Assembly (NCBI GenBank): GCA_963772725.1
Contig: CAVYYI010000003.1
Span: forward strand, 320,001 to 384,000
DNA from: an uncultured Phycisphaerales bacterium
GTDB taxonomy: Bacteria > Planctomycetota > Phycisphaerae > Sedimentisphaerales > Anaerobacaceae
Direction: 5' to 3'
DNA: 64,000 nt
The notes under the pieces are model-generated. The model searched no databases. It was not told the origin of the DNA and saw only the letters and a list, made by a program, of their open reading frames with translations. The translations under genes and the position numbers were made by a program. Positions 9,541 to 21,364 of the stretch are shown one piece after another (the first letter of the stretch is position 1; every line of letters begins with the position of its first letter).

Positions 9541-11097
9541 TCAAGTTTTATTGTACTTGGCCGGCTTTACGTCAAGACAGCTTCGCCATATAGATTCCTG
9601 CCTTAATACGGCAGCTATTTTATCGACTCCTTTACAATGACGTTTGTCGTCAACTACCCAAATTAAATTTCTTAAAGGATAGGTAATATGTAAAAAGGCC
9701 TCAAAGTATTTAGAATATATTATATTCAGAAGGGCATACTCATATGAAAATCCAAAAACCTTTATCAAATGTTCCTGAAATTGCGTCTTATGATAAATAC
9801 TTCTGCAGCCGTCAAGCACATAATGAAAGTGCATCTGGTTCAGATAGTACTCCAAAATGCCATCTAGTAAACCGTAACTCGAATATTTATCCAGAAATGA
9901 TGGATCGTGCCTGATACTATTCAAAAAAACGGCATTATCCTGGATATAATTCTCCGAAAAACTGACGAGTTTATCCTGGTAAAAGCAGCCGATATACTCC
10001 AGTACGCCCTGCACTTTTGTCGCCGCATTAATTCGTTGTTGTAATATTTCAGATGTCTCTATTCCCTCACGCGCTCCCTTATACCGGCTTGCAGCAAGTT
10101 TTGCAATTTCCGGGCAATTCAATAAAACTTCATCAAAGCTCAGTTTTCGTACGCTGAAATTTTTCCTGCCCTGTCTTATCATCCAGCGTTTCTTTTTATC
10201 TGCAATTTGGTCAATATTCCACGGTCCTCTTTTTAGAATATACCACCACTGACTGTTCCGCACTTGTCCAAACTCACTATCCCATCGCGCAAATAGTCTG
10301 CCTGACACACGAACAACCTCTTTTGCAAGTTTATTGGTTATGGGCGGGCAGCAATGCGGAAAATAAGCCGGCATCATAAATCCGCTGTAATCAAACCAGT
10401 CAACACCGTCTATAGTTAGGACGTACACACCGGACTCCTTTAAAAATCGGCCATATAGGTTTTCGCAACAGCTATCAGATATAGGGCCGGCATTTCTACT
10501 TTCTGCCATTGGCGCCAGAAGAAGATTGCTTAAGACACCGTGATTATAGATTTGCTTTAACAATTTAAAACCGCAATTTTGATATAAATTATTGGCCGGT
10601 TTGTTATCAGCTCCAACAAGAACACGCACGCTTTCTACACCTCTCTTGCGGCATTCCTCGAATCCCATCTGAAGCAACTTTTTGCCCAGTCCTTTGCCGC
10701 GGCTTTCCGTGTCGACGGCTATCGAAAGCAACACTGTAGAAAAAGGCAATTTCATTTTTTTTATTCTGAGCGGGTAAATGAGGGTTTCAAAAGCTCTTTT
10801 TATTATCTTGAGAGAAAGCACTTTATGTATTATCAAAAAAGCAAATTTAAAACCTTTTTGGCGAAGAGTAAATTTATAAAGCGAATTAAGATTGGTTGAA
10901 AAAGCCGCAAATCCGCAGACTTTCCCGTCTTCCACTGCCACGAAACCAAAACTGCATTTGCTATCCGCTACGGCTTTATACAACTCAGTGACAAAATCTT
11001 CACCCAGCGAGCTTATAAAACCAGTTTTGATACCCTGGATATGCAACTTCGCTAACTGCGCAGTGTGCTTAGTTTCAATTCTGACAAATTCCATCAA
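9541..11097 (-). CDS. GNAT N-acetyltransferase fused to a second, possibly GNAT/Fem-like, domain
   Basis: N-terminal LLSIAVD..RGKGLGKKLL...N.PA..LYQ.CGF; ~310-aa uncharacterised C-terminal domain. Confidence 0.7.
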   Translation of the reverse strand: MMEFVRIETKHTAQLAKLHIQGIKTGFISSLGEDFVTELYKAVADSKCSFGFVAVEDGKVCGFAAFSTNLNSLYKFTLRQKGFKFAFLIIHKVLSLKIIKRAFETLIYPLRIKKMKLPFSTVLLSIAVDTESRGKGLGKKLLQMGFEECRKRGVESVRVLVGADNKPANNLYQNCGFKLLKQIYNHGVLSNLLLAPMAESRNAGPISDSCCENLYGRFLKESGVYVLTIDGVDWFDYSGFMMPAYFPHCCPPITNKLAKEVVRVSGRLFARWDSEFGQVRNSQWWYILKRGPWNIDQIADKKKRWMIRQGRKNFSVRKLSFDEVLLNCPEIAKLAASRYKGAREGIETSEILQQRINAATKVQGVLEYIGCFYQDKLVSFSENYIQDNAVFLNSIRHDPSFLDKYSSYGLLDGILEYYLNQMHFHYVLDGCRSIYHKTQFQEHLIKVFGFSYEYALLNIIYSKYFEAFLHITYPLRNLIWVVDDKRHCKGVDKIAAVLRQESIWRSCLDVKPAKYNKT

Positions 11098-11135
11098 ATC
11101 ATCCCATCCGGCACATCTTATGTATTATTAAACAA

Positions 11136-12392
11136 TTATTTCACTGCACGTTTCGTTTTATCGGGAAGTACTTTATTAACCAGTATATCGATGTATTTGG
11201 CGGCAAGTACATTTCTATCGAAATTTTTTCTTACAAAATCAAGACCGCTGTTTCCGAACTGAGCACACAATTGGGGATTTTGTCTTAATTTCAGGACTGC
11301 TTCAGCAAAAGCCCGCGGATTTTCCGGTTCGACATAAATTCCGGATGAAGCATCCTCGACAAGTTTTTTGGCGACACCATCGATACCTATAATCACAGGT
11401 TTTGCCGCAGACATATAGTCAAAGACTTTATTTGGATACACCGTTTTAAACGTATCAACCTTCTTTAGTACCGCGGTGCACACGTCGCTTGCTACGACAT
11501 AATCGGGTATCACATTTTTAGGCACAGCATCCACAAATACTACATTGTCGAGACCACACTGTGCCGCTCTTTCCTTTAACATAGCTTTCTCCATACCGTC
11601 GCCAACAAGCATTAAGGCGATATCAGGATGTACTTTTAATATTTTAGCCGCATCGAGAAGCTGGCTAAGACGGTTTGCAACGCCATGCGCACCTACATAA
11701 GTAACCACAAACTTACTATCGAGTCCGTGTTTTTCTCTGACCCAATTGTTACGTTGACCTGGCTTGAAAATATCAAGGTCTGCGCCATTAGGTATCATGC
11801 TTACCCGCTGGGGATTAACATTTTTTCTTTCAATGAGAGCTTTCTCAAATGCTGGTGTTAAAACATTAATCCAGTTAGCGGATTTATAGCTTTTTCTTTC
11901 CAGCCAATAAGACATTTTGATGAGGCTTTTGTTGGCAAGCACCCCAGTATCAATTGCCGACTCAGGCCATAAGTCGCGAACCTCAAATACCATCGGCACC
12001 CTTTTTAACTTGCTTAATACCCACCCTGTCAGCCCAACAGTCAAAGGCGGTGACGTGCAAATAACCACATCACATTTGCCGGCGTAAAATAAACCGGCCC
12101 AAATAGAACTGACCGCAAAAGATATATATGCCCAGAATCTTCCTATAAAACTTTTATTATAGCTCTCACTGACATAACAGCGCAGAACTTCTACGTTTTC
12201 CATTTCCTGCTCACGAACGATAAATTTGTTCTTGTATTGAGCTAGTTTTGTCCCTTTCGCGTAATGCACCGTACCGGCTAAAACTGTAATTCTATGACCG
12301 GCCTCAGACCAGTATTTTGAAAACTGATTCCATCGTGATCCGCCCGAATCGTCCTTGCCTAAAAAATATTGATGTACCAGCAATATGTGCAT
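11136..12392 (-). CDS. Glycosyltransferase family 4 (WbuB-like)
   Basis: TSPPL, FEVRDLWPES, IPNGAD, YPNKVFDYM motifs. Confidence 0.9.
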   Translation of the reverse strand: MHILLVHQYFLGKDDSGGSRWNQFSKYWSEAGHRITVLAGTVHYAKGTKLAQYKNKFIVREQEMENVEVLRCYVSESYNKSFIGRFWAYISFAVSSIWAGLFYAGKCDVVICTSPPLTVGLTGWVLSKLKRVPMVFEVRDLWPESAIDTGVLANKSLIKMSYWLERKSYKSANWINVLTPAFEKALIERKNVNPQRVSMIPNGADLDIFKPGQRNNWVREKHGLDSKFVVTYVGAHGVANRLSQLLDAAKILKVHPDIALMLVGDGMEKAMLKERAAQCGLDNVVFVDAVPKNVIPDYVVASDVCTAVLKKVDTFKTVYPNKVFDYMSAAKPVIIGIDGVAKKLVEDASSGIYVEPENPRAFAEAVLKLRQNPQLCAQFGNSGLDFVRKNFDRNVLAAKYIDILVNKVLPDKTKRAVK

Positions 12393-12415
12393 AAATGTCC
12401 CTCTCAAATCAACCT

Positions 12416-14571
12416 TTAATCTAAAAAAACTTCTTCATTGTCCTGTAGAATACAGGCAAACGTGTTTTCATAACTGCTATCTGTCGAATTTAAAGTTATC
12501 ATTAGTTTATATCCAGCAGTCCCGGAAATTAATGATACAATATTATTTTCGCTTAAAACCGCTTTTTTGATAGTGTTCCCAAGGCTGACAATCGTAACAA
12601 ATCTGACAGGCAGCTTTACTGTTTGCGAGCAAACTAACACAGGCGATGGTTTACGATTGCCATAGCAGGCAGATTCCCATCCCATTGACCTGTCGGCACC
12701 TTTGAAACATTCATATTTAGCAGTTTTTACGGAATCTAATATCATTATGCTGACAGGTCCGTTTTCTGTCTGCAATATCAGCGAATTGTTTTTTAACTCA
12801 AAATCAGTGTCGTATAACTGCCAGCAGAGTTCAAGTTTATGAATATCATTTCCCAGTACATCATCAACAATCAGCCAGCAATCTTCCAGCGATAATACAG
12901 ACCTGCGATGAATAACCTTAGTCTTGCCGCGACAGTAACCGTAATGCTCGCCCTGCATTGATTGATACCCCCCTGTCGAAAACTTTTATGCGCCGAAAAT
13001 TTCGACTTAATCCAATCTGACCACATAAATCGCGACAGTCGTTCCATCTGGTCAGAATTATCCACCGCTATCGTATTGTGAGCGGTTGCTGAGCCGAAAA
13101 AACTCTGCCATGGCTGCGGACAATTATACATATATGTGCCGGAATCACGCAATATGTTGCGACCCTTCCACCACAAATCCAAATGTAGCATATCGGAATG
13201 TCCCGGACGGTCACAGAAGCTATGACAACGCATCATCGCCCAGGTATTTTTATTACGAATGGTATAATAGCCGCCTGCTGCAAAAGCCGCACTTTTATAT
13301 TTTGCCTGTGTCGGTGATGCACTCAAACTATCCGTCCCAAAAAACCAAACCAAATCCTCGTCCCAAAGTCCCGCTGTATATAATCTTGTTCCATTCAATA
13401 AATAATACATCGCCTGCAAAACAGGACGATAGTCTGAATAACCGCAGTTGTTTAACGGGATTATTATAGCACCATCGTTCGCTCCATAATTAGGAACTTT
13501 CCCCGTAACTTCATCCTGCATCTGGTATAAAAAATTAACCGCTTTGCTGATGCAGGACATTAATTCATCACAAAATCTATCGCCATTTATATGCGCAAGC
13601 TGTATAACCCACAGAAAATCCTGCAGCATTAAACGATGATAATTCATTGAGTGCTGGATATAGGAACCATCGGTATAAATCTGTTTGAGTCCTTCTTTGG
13701 CTAGAACTTTTTTGCCGAGCTTGACCCAATGCCCTGACCGCTTGAACTCAGGAAATAAAATGCCTGCTGTGTATAATCCAGCCGCCTCAGTCAGCGAGTG
13801 GTTGGTATGTGTAGAAATCGCAAATGCGATATTTTTTTCGATTCTCTCGGCATGAACCACGATAGCTTCAGCAAGTTTTATTTTTCTCGCAATCGTGCTG
13901 CTATCCGCAGCGGCTAATGCGTAAAACGCGAAAACCATCGCCATAAGGCGAATAGCACATTCCTGCCCGCAGACGTAGTTTAGCCCCATATTAGGCTGGT
14001 TACTATCCAGCCAGGATTCGAACAGGCTCCAAAACTTTTCGGTGTATTTGTTGTCTTTTGATACCGCATAAGCCCTGACCAACGTATATGCCCAGGCAAA
14101 CCGGGAAAGCTCCCAGATAAATTTAATATCTCCAACCGCTGGGTCGAACATATTAATATCACACCAGTGTCTGTCGTTGCCTGCCCGCTTGTTTGTTACA
14201 GGATTTAAAAACCAGTCCGGCTCGGAGCCCAAATCGTAACTTTTATCGAAAAAATACTGAAACCTGTTTTTAAGAATTTCATTTGCGGCGGATAAGACTT
14301 TTTCCTTACTGTACTGGGTTGTTGGCGGCAAATTGCCGATTTCAAAAAAGAACCTGCGTCCATTGGCACTATGCTGCTTTAAAAACTTTTCAGGATCTGT
14401 TTCTGACGATGTACCCAGTAATTCGGCAAAATTAATTTCTTCCCATCGCCGAGGAGGAAATTTGCGTTTTAACAGTCCCGATTTTTTTCGCAATTCATAT
14501 TGTGCCCGGAATGCGCAAAAACCAACCCCGTTGTACCGAATGATTTTGTATATTTTTGAAATCTTGTTCAA
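12416..14571 (-). CDS. Heparinase II/III-family protein; frameshift near 12965
   Basis: DIKFIWELSR, NH.LTEA, YIQHSMNYH, GANDGA, GHSDMLH, DSGTYMY, AHNT; C-terminal ORF 12416-12958 (GEHYGY..HRRSV) continues the family. Confidence 0.85.
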
Positions 14572-14578
14572 GGTCGAA

Positions 14579-16722
14579 TTACATTTTAACAACACCGGCA
14601 CCGTTAGCAGATTCCATCGCCGCGAAACTGGCCAGTGTAATGTTCTCAATTGTTTCGAACGATATCAAAGGCTCGCCGCCTCTGACAATCCGTTCGATAA
14701 AATATCGAAATTGATTATTATGTCCCTTGTCCTGACTGAATAAATTCATCTTCCTGAAATTACTCCAGCCGTACCCGCGAAGTTTTCTGAAATTGTCCAG
14801 TTGCAGAATTTTGACGTCACAGAACAATTCAAATGTTTCTTTGGGATAACTCTTGTGACCATTCGCGAAATAATGCAGTGTTCCAACCGAACCGTCAGCG
14901 AAATTAGCGGTGATGCTCATCTTGTCGTCACGAATGGTTATTCCCTTTGATTGGCCTATCATTGCAGCACTGAGTGACACAATCGGCGCACCTGCAAGAT
15001 AACTCATAAAGTCAAGCCAGTGACATCCTTCACCTATTATTCTTCCGCCGCCGATGTTTTTATCCTGCACCCATATATTTGCTGGAATTTCACCGGCATT
15101 TATGAGCCATACCATACACATCGGGGTATTTCGCGATGATACAAGCGAATGTATTTTTTCAGCGTGCGGTGAAAATCTGCGGTTAAAACCGACCAGCAAT
15201 TGCTTGTCCTTGTTTTTCTCATAGGCTTCTTTTACTCGAACCAGCTCTTCCCGATTCAGGCACAAAGGCTTTTCAACGTGTACATTTTTGCCAGCCGACA
15301 AAGCCTCTATCACCATTTTCGAATGAAGGTCGTGACGAGTCGTAATAAACACCGTATTTATTTCAGGGTCATTTAGTATCTGCTTATAATCATTGGTCGC
15401 CTGTTCAAATCCGAACTTTCTCGCGGTATGCACACCTGCCACACCGTTAATATCTGCGATGGTCTTGAGGCGAATATCAAGTCCCTTCACCGCGGGCAGG
15501 AGGGTCAATTTGGCAAAATTTCCAGCACCTATCAAACCCGCTGTTACTTTCGATGCCGCTGCCGACTTTACATATTGAATCTGGGTTTTAATGACGCTCT
15601 CACGTTTGGCAGGGCCGGTGGGGTAAGTCAATATAATCGCCATCTTGTCAGGCTGGTCTGTCAGCATTTTATATGCTTTATCCGCTTCAGCCTGTGCTAT
15701 TTTTTCGCTTATTAGTTTGTTCACATCAAGAGTTCCCGCGGCAAAACCATCAAGAATAGCCTGAAAGTTCCTTTGTTCTGTCCATCGCACATAACCGTAC
15801 GGATAATCCTGTCCGCCTTCTTCATAATTACCGTCATACCGACCAGGACCATACGAACAGGATACCTGGAAGCTTAATTCCTTCTCATAAAAGTCTGCCC
15901 GGTCGAGATTCAAATTCACCACTCCCACAAGCACAATGCGGCCTTTTTTGCGGGATATCTGGGAAGCCTGGTGAACTATCGAATCCTCTTTTGCCGAAGC
16001 CGTTATAAGTACGGCATCAACCCCTTTCTGGCCTGTTTTCGCCATTGCCGATGCTACCGCGTCCGCTCCACTTCTTACATCAACAACTTCCGCGCCATAT
16101 TCAGAGGCGAGCTCAAGTCTTTTTTTATCAATATCTATACCAATAACCCTACAGCCGCAGCTTTTAAGCAATTGCACACAAACCAATCCAATCAGTCCAA
16201 GCCCGAAGACGGCCACAGTCTCACCGAACGTCGGTTCTATTAATCTTATTCCCTGCAAACCGACAGAAGCCAGAACAGTGAACGCCGCCTGCTCGTCGCT
16301 GACATTATCAGGAACCTTTGCGCAGAGGTTTTTGGGTATGCATACTATCTCAGCGTGTATCCATTGCTGACAACCCTGTCTCCAACCTCAAAACCTTCAA
16401 CACCAGCGCCGACTTCCAGAACTGTACCGCAATTACAATACCCCAGAGGCAAAGGCTCATCCAGCCTGGCAAATACACTATGCATCGTCGGGAGTAAACC
16501 ATCAGTTTTTATCTTATCAATCACCTGCTTAACTTTGTCCGGCTGCTGCCTCGCTTTATTCAGCAAAGAGCTTTTGGCAAAGGTTACAAGCATTCGCTCT
16601 GTTCCCGCGGAAATCAGGCTGCATCGTGTCTGTATAAGCAGGCTGCCGCGTTTTATAACCGGCGTCGGTACCTCCGCAACTTCAAGTTCCCCTGTTTTAA
16701 GGTTTTGTAAAATCTGTTTCAT
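14579..16722 (-). CDS. Bi-domain oxidoreductase (Zn-binding dehydrogenase + Gfo/Idh/MocA); frameshift near 16357
   Basis: SLISAGTE..PLGY, GLGLIG, SCSYGPGRYD, GAGNFA, EKPL, VGFNRRF. Confidence 0.9.
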
Positions 16723-16742
16723 CTATGGTACTCCAGCTTATT

Positions 16743-18133
16743 TTAGTTTCCATTGCCTATCCGATTAATTATAGAAAGATATTTTCCGGCCACTGTACGT
16801 TCTATCTTGGTAACATATTCAAAATTTATCTTTATTTCGTTTCCAACCTTGCGACGGAACTGATGCTCAACTTCTTGCTCATCAGCCCCGCTATATTTGT
16901 CGTCACGAACTATTTTAATTACAATTTCCGCCTCACGATACTGAATCACCTGCATTTCGCGAACATTCCGGCATTTTTTGGCAATAACGCTTATATTGCA
17001 CACTCGTGAACCATCAGGCAAAACAAAATAATGGCCTGTACGGCCGTAGCAACTATGTATAACCCGCCCAGGAACACCAGCAGAACATCTTGCATCTGGA
17101 TTGTATAAAACAAGGTCGCCGGTTCTGTACCTCAGCAATGGCCAAGCATAATGGTATAAATGTGTCCCTATTATTTCTGCCTTTATTAAACCATCTTCTT
17201 GTCCAACCGGTAAAAACTCTAAAATCGAATAATCCATATCATAATGCATATGGCCACAAGGATATTCCGTTATCGAACCAACCAATTCCCCTTGTCCATA
17301 GCGATTCCATACTTTGCATCCGATGACTTTCTCAATCTTTGCTTTATGAGCAGGTTGCAACTCCTCGCTTGCTGAAAAAAAAGCTTCCGGTGGCTGCTTA
17401 AGCCGCAAACAATTTCGCTCCATATATTCGGCGATTACATTTAACGCTGAACCATAGCCCGTATAGAATTTACTGTAACGCGAATTCAATGCCTCAAAAT
17501 AATACTTAAGATTTTTTTCTCTTAGATGAAAAATCGAGTACATTCGTTCATTTGCAGCCCAGTTGTTGCGCCAAAAAGGCGGCTTATCCCTTCCGGGTTC
17601 TACTATCTCAAGGCCTGAGAACAAACTCCACGGGTCTCCAAACTTCATACCTGGTCGATATCGTGTCCACACAAACGCAGTTTCCATGTTGGAGATTTCA
17701 CGTGACCAGTAGGTTACAAGCGGCTTTCCTGTACTGCCGCTTGTCGGAGAAGTAAATAAGGATATAGGATTACAGGTATCAGCTAAAAATAAATGCTCAG
17801 CTTTGCGAACCGTGTCTTTATCGATAATAGGTAACTTTTGCAAGTCTTCAAGGTTATTAAAATCCTGCGGCCTTAGTTTTAAATCAGAAAAGAGCTGTTT
17901 ATAATATGGTACATGTTCATAACAATGTTTGATAATGGCAATCAGTTTTTCACGTTGTAGTTCGAGTAAATCTGATTCAGAATATTTATGTGCTTTACTG
18001 AAAAAAGTAACCCATTTATCATAATTTCCAGTAAAACGAAATTGTTTCTTGCGCAACCATAAATACTGCTGAACAAATCCTGCAGAGTTGAGGACGAATG
18101 GTTATATAAAAATCTTGTGAGTTTATTTTCCAC
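16743..18133 (-). CDS. Phenylacetate-CoA ligase-like (CapK-like) protein; frameshift near 18057
   Basis: HVPYY, LPIIDK, TSGSTG, YGQGE, PLLRYRTGD; N-terminal part in ORF 17942-18133. Confidence 0.85.
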
Positions 18134-18226
18134 TTATAATGCTCCTTTTTTCGTATCTGTCTTTATAACGTATAGCTTATCATCAAATATATATTCATTT
18201 ATTCGGTATAACCTAAATCCGCCAAA

Positions 18227-19309
18227 TTACCTACGCTTGTGGCGCACTCGAACATAAGCTATAAAATGCTTGGGCCAGTATTCCATTGTCGGTGAAAATG
18301 GAGCAGGATAAAAAATTATCACCTTTGCACGATTATATGGAGCGTATCTTTTCGGCCTTTGCGCATACCAGTCAATATTCAACTCTGAGCCTAAAAGCCA
18401 GGAATATATCAGGTCATAATCCCAGTCTTTTACCCATTTCTGTAATTCAGTCGTGTGTCGTTTATAACCACAGCCAAGTGCAACCCACGGAGTGACATCC
18501 TCAATCCCAAGCTCATCTGCCAGTTTGCAGGTTCTGCGAAAAAGCTCCCTCATTCGGTCCGGTTCGGGAACGGTATAAAGTGAACACGATAATGATGACT
18601 TAATCTCCTTGCCTGTAAAATAGGGTGTTCTGCTCCAGCCATCGTAGGCCCATGCTTCTATCATACCTCTGCCATACCATTCAATACGGGCATTCGAATA
18701 AATTTCTTTTGCCAACTTGTGAATTGAGTCTAAATTATCTCGTATTGCATCATTCCACAGGTTGCTGTCATTTCTTATTTCAAATCTCTCACTGTCTAAA
18801 AGTATCGCACTAACCTGAACGTCTGTGCCATACTTTTGATTCGACTCCTTAACCCAATTCTTTACTACCTCCATCCGCTCCTTAAAAAAAGAAAGTTCAG
18901 CAATATATGTCGGGCCCCGGTTTGTCGGTGAAAGGTCTTTCCCAAATTTATTATGCCACGGACTAAAATTAACTGCCAGCGAACACGGTATCACAGGATT
19001 TGTTTTGTTTACTCTTGCACAAATATAAACACTGTTTTGAACTTGTTCTTTTGTTACCCATTCACCTTTCACGCTCAGAGCGTGCGTTATTCTTGCTAAT
19101 TCATAAGCCAAACGGTCATTAGGGTCATTTAAAATATCTCCAAGACCCCATGAATAATGAATTTTAGGCAAAGGCTTTAACGCAAAGAGCTTAATTTCAA
19201 TGTCTTGCCGCGACAATTCTGTACCTGCTCCTGCGATACTTAACCAATATGCGCACAAAACCAGCTCCGCAATTATGAACTTTTTAATAATAGCTATCTC
19301 CGAAACCAT
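18227..19309 (-). CDS. Secreted hypothetical protein, possible glycoside hydrolase-like barrel
   Basis: N-terminal hydrophobic signal, Trp/Tyr-rich, AILLDSE acidic motif; family not recognised. Confidence 0.55.
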   Translation of the reverse strand: MVSEIAIIKKFIIAELVLCAYWLSIAGAGTELSRQDIEIKLFALKPLPKIHYSWGLGDILNDPNDRLAYELARITHALSVKGEWVTKEQVQNSVYICARVNKTNPVIPCSLAVNFSPWHNKFGKDLSPTNRGPTYIAELSFFKERMEVVKNWVKESNQKYGTDVQVSAILLDSERFEIRNDSNLWNDAIRDNLDSIHKLAKEIYSNARIEWYGRGMIEAWAYDGWSRTPYFTGKEIKSSLSCSLYTVPEPDRMRELFRRTCKLADELGIEDVTPWVALGCGYKRHTTELQKWVKDWDYDLIYSWLLGSELNIDWYAQRPKRYAPYNRAKVIIFYPAPFSPTMEYWPKHFIAYVRVRHKRR

Positions 19310-20451
19310 ACTCTTGTCCTCATACCTGTAATATCTTTATAAAATCGTTTTAATTCTTGTTGGTTTTTCTCGGCATTCCACTGTAATTCCATTTCTTTGC
19401 GCCCATTCCTGCCCATAGATATAGCCATAGGCATGTTATCAAGCAAAAATTCTATCGCCTTTGCCAAACCAGTAGGATCACCCGGCTTAATAAAAAATGC
19501 AGTCTCCAATTCCTTTAGGAAAAGCCTTTCCGGCGGCAAATCCGAACTAATCACAGGCATTCCGCACGCCATATATTCAAAGGCTTTGCATGCAATATTT
19601 TTGTGAAACTTTGGTAAATCCAGCAATAAAACCAATCCTATCTTAGCTTGTGTTAAAATACCTGGTACATCCTTGTAAGGTACAACTCCAGTAATTGTTA
19701 CATCATTCTGCCAGCCGGTTTCTTCAAGCATCTTTTTAAATACTGGTTCATCAGTATGGTCAACCTGACCGATTAAAAGTGTCTTTATTTTACGGCAACT
19801 TTTTGAGAGTATCTTCATTGCTTCAATTAGAACAAGAATACCAGACCTTTGTGACATTCCGCCCAGCAGAACAATATCGTACGGTCTTGAATCAAGCGGG
19901 AGATAATTCTTTTGAAACTGGCTTAGTAAAGGAACATTATAAAAAATCATCTTGCGATTTTTGGGCATTGCTTTGTGAATCTCAAGAATAGCGGGGTCTG
20001 AAGCAATCAAACCATCAAATATTCGCATCGCGAGCGATTCTAATACTAATGTGCAAAACGCCAATATCCTGCGAAACCATGCCGGCAGCCAGACTTTGCT
20101 GCTAAGCATGCTCTCGTACATATCTTCCCTGCAATCATAAACAACTTTGATTCTTGTGAGCAGTTTCAGCAGCAATCCCAAAGGAAGAAGCTCTATCGAA
20201 CAAACCTGTAATATATCCGGACGTAACCTTAACAGCCGCAGAAATAGATTTAATCCGCCCGTAAATCTTGCCCTCTTTCGCTGTCTTACCGTTAAAGGAT
20301 AAAACTCAAATAAATCTGTAACCTTGTTTCCAGGGTCACCTGCCATAAATACAACTTTATGTCCATCTTCTGCCAGAGCTGGTGCTTGTTTATAGAAATG
20401 TCTCTGGTCCCACCATGGTTGAGCCGTAACAAGTATACAAATCTTAGCCAT
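19294..20451 (-). CDS. Glycosyltransferase family 4
   Basis: D.RHFYKQ, YDCREDM, KAFEYMACGMPVISSD. Confidence 0.88.
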   Translation of the reverse strand: MAKICILVTAQPWWDQRHFYKQAPALAEDGHKVVFMAGDPGNKVTDLFEFYPLTVRQRKRARFTGGLNLFLRLLRLRPDILQVCSIELLPLGLLLKLLTRIKVVYDCREDMYESMLSSKVWLPAWFRRILAFCTLVLESLAMRIFDGLIASDPAILEIHKAMPKNRKMIFYNVPLLSQFQKNYLPLDSRPYDIVLLGGMSQRSGILVLIEAMKILSKSCRKIKTLLIGQVDHTDEPVFKKMLEETGWQNDVTITGVVPYKDVPGILTQAKIGLVLLLDLPKFHKNIACKAFEYMACGMPVISSDLPPERLFLKELETAFFIKPGDPTGLAKAIEFLLDNMPMAISMGRNGRKEMELQWNAEKNQQELKRFYKDITGMRTRVWFRR

Positions 20452-20491
20452 CTTTTATTATTTACAATTTCTCCATTTACACATTTAAACT

Positions 20492-21364
20492 TTATATGCT
20501 TTTAAAGGAAATCAAATCTATTTTTTGTACTTTAATTGCAGCTAAAATTTCTGGATCCGATGCCAGCTCTCTTTCGATTTGCCTGATTTTGGCAAACGCC
20601 GGCGAATCCGCCACATCAGGGTCAGGATAACCGGGGTGCAGAACAAGCTCCGAAACACCATCAGGCAATGCTTCTATGCAAGCCAAAAACCGTTTCTTCG
20701 GGTCATTTATATAAGGAATGTATAACGATGGCTCAATCAGGCGGTCTGGTGTACGCAAATCTTTCCGGCGCAAAGAATAATGAATCCAATTTCGCATAAG
20801 CAAATTCGGCAACACGGTAAAATTACACCACATCCATTTGAATTTTGCAGCAAGCTTTGGATTTGCGGCAAGACGGTAAAAACCTTTATGACTGCGAGCT
20901 GCGGTAATACCAAATTGTTTTGCCAGTTTTATTGCGGCTTCTCTTGCAATCGGCCTTTTGTGTACTCCATGATGGCTGTCAAAATGCGTAAGCTGAACAC
21001 CTAAATCCAAAGCTCGCTTTATTTGTGCTTCAAATTCGCATTCAACCTGCTTAAATATTTCCTGACCGTGCCAAAGATTGCGGCATTGAACAATACTACC
21101 ATGAAATTTACCTTCATTATCAACCAGGCCTGGAACTTTGCCAGGTTCTGAAATTGGTCTCCCCTCCGTCAAATTGAGATGTATGCCGACACCCAGCTCT
21201 GGGTGTTTTTTGGCGCACAAACAGGCGTATTCAGCTGCCGGCATATTGGACATTAACGTCGTACTTGTAATAATGCCGTTAGTATGACTGTCTATAATCC
21301 CGTCTGTCAGCCGTTTTCCAAAACCAAAATCATCGGCATTTACTATCAGTTTTTTAGTACTCAT
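20492..21364 (-). CDS. ChbG/YdjC-family carbohydrate deacetylase
   Basis: LIVNADDFG, GIHLNLTEG, THFDSHHGVH, ELVLHPG. Confidence 0.9.
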   Translation of the reverse strand: MSTKKLIVNADDFGFGKRLTDGIIDSHTNGIITSTTLMSNMPAAEYACLCAKKHPELGVGIHLNLTEGRPISEPGKVPGLVDNEGKFHGSIVQCRNLWHGQEIFKQVECEFEAQIKRALDLGVQLTHFDSHHGVHKRPIAREAAIKLAKQFGITAARSHKGFYRLAANPKLAAKFKWMWCNFTVLPNLLMRNWIHYSLRRKDLRTPDRLIEPSLYIPYINDPKKRFLACIEALPDGVSELVLHPGYPDPDVADSPAFAKIRQIERELASDPEILAAIKVQKIDLISFKSI

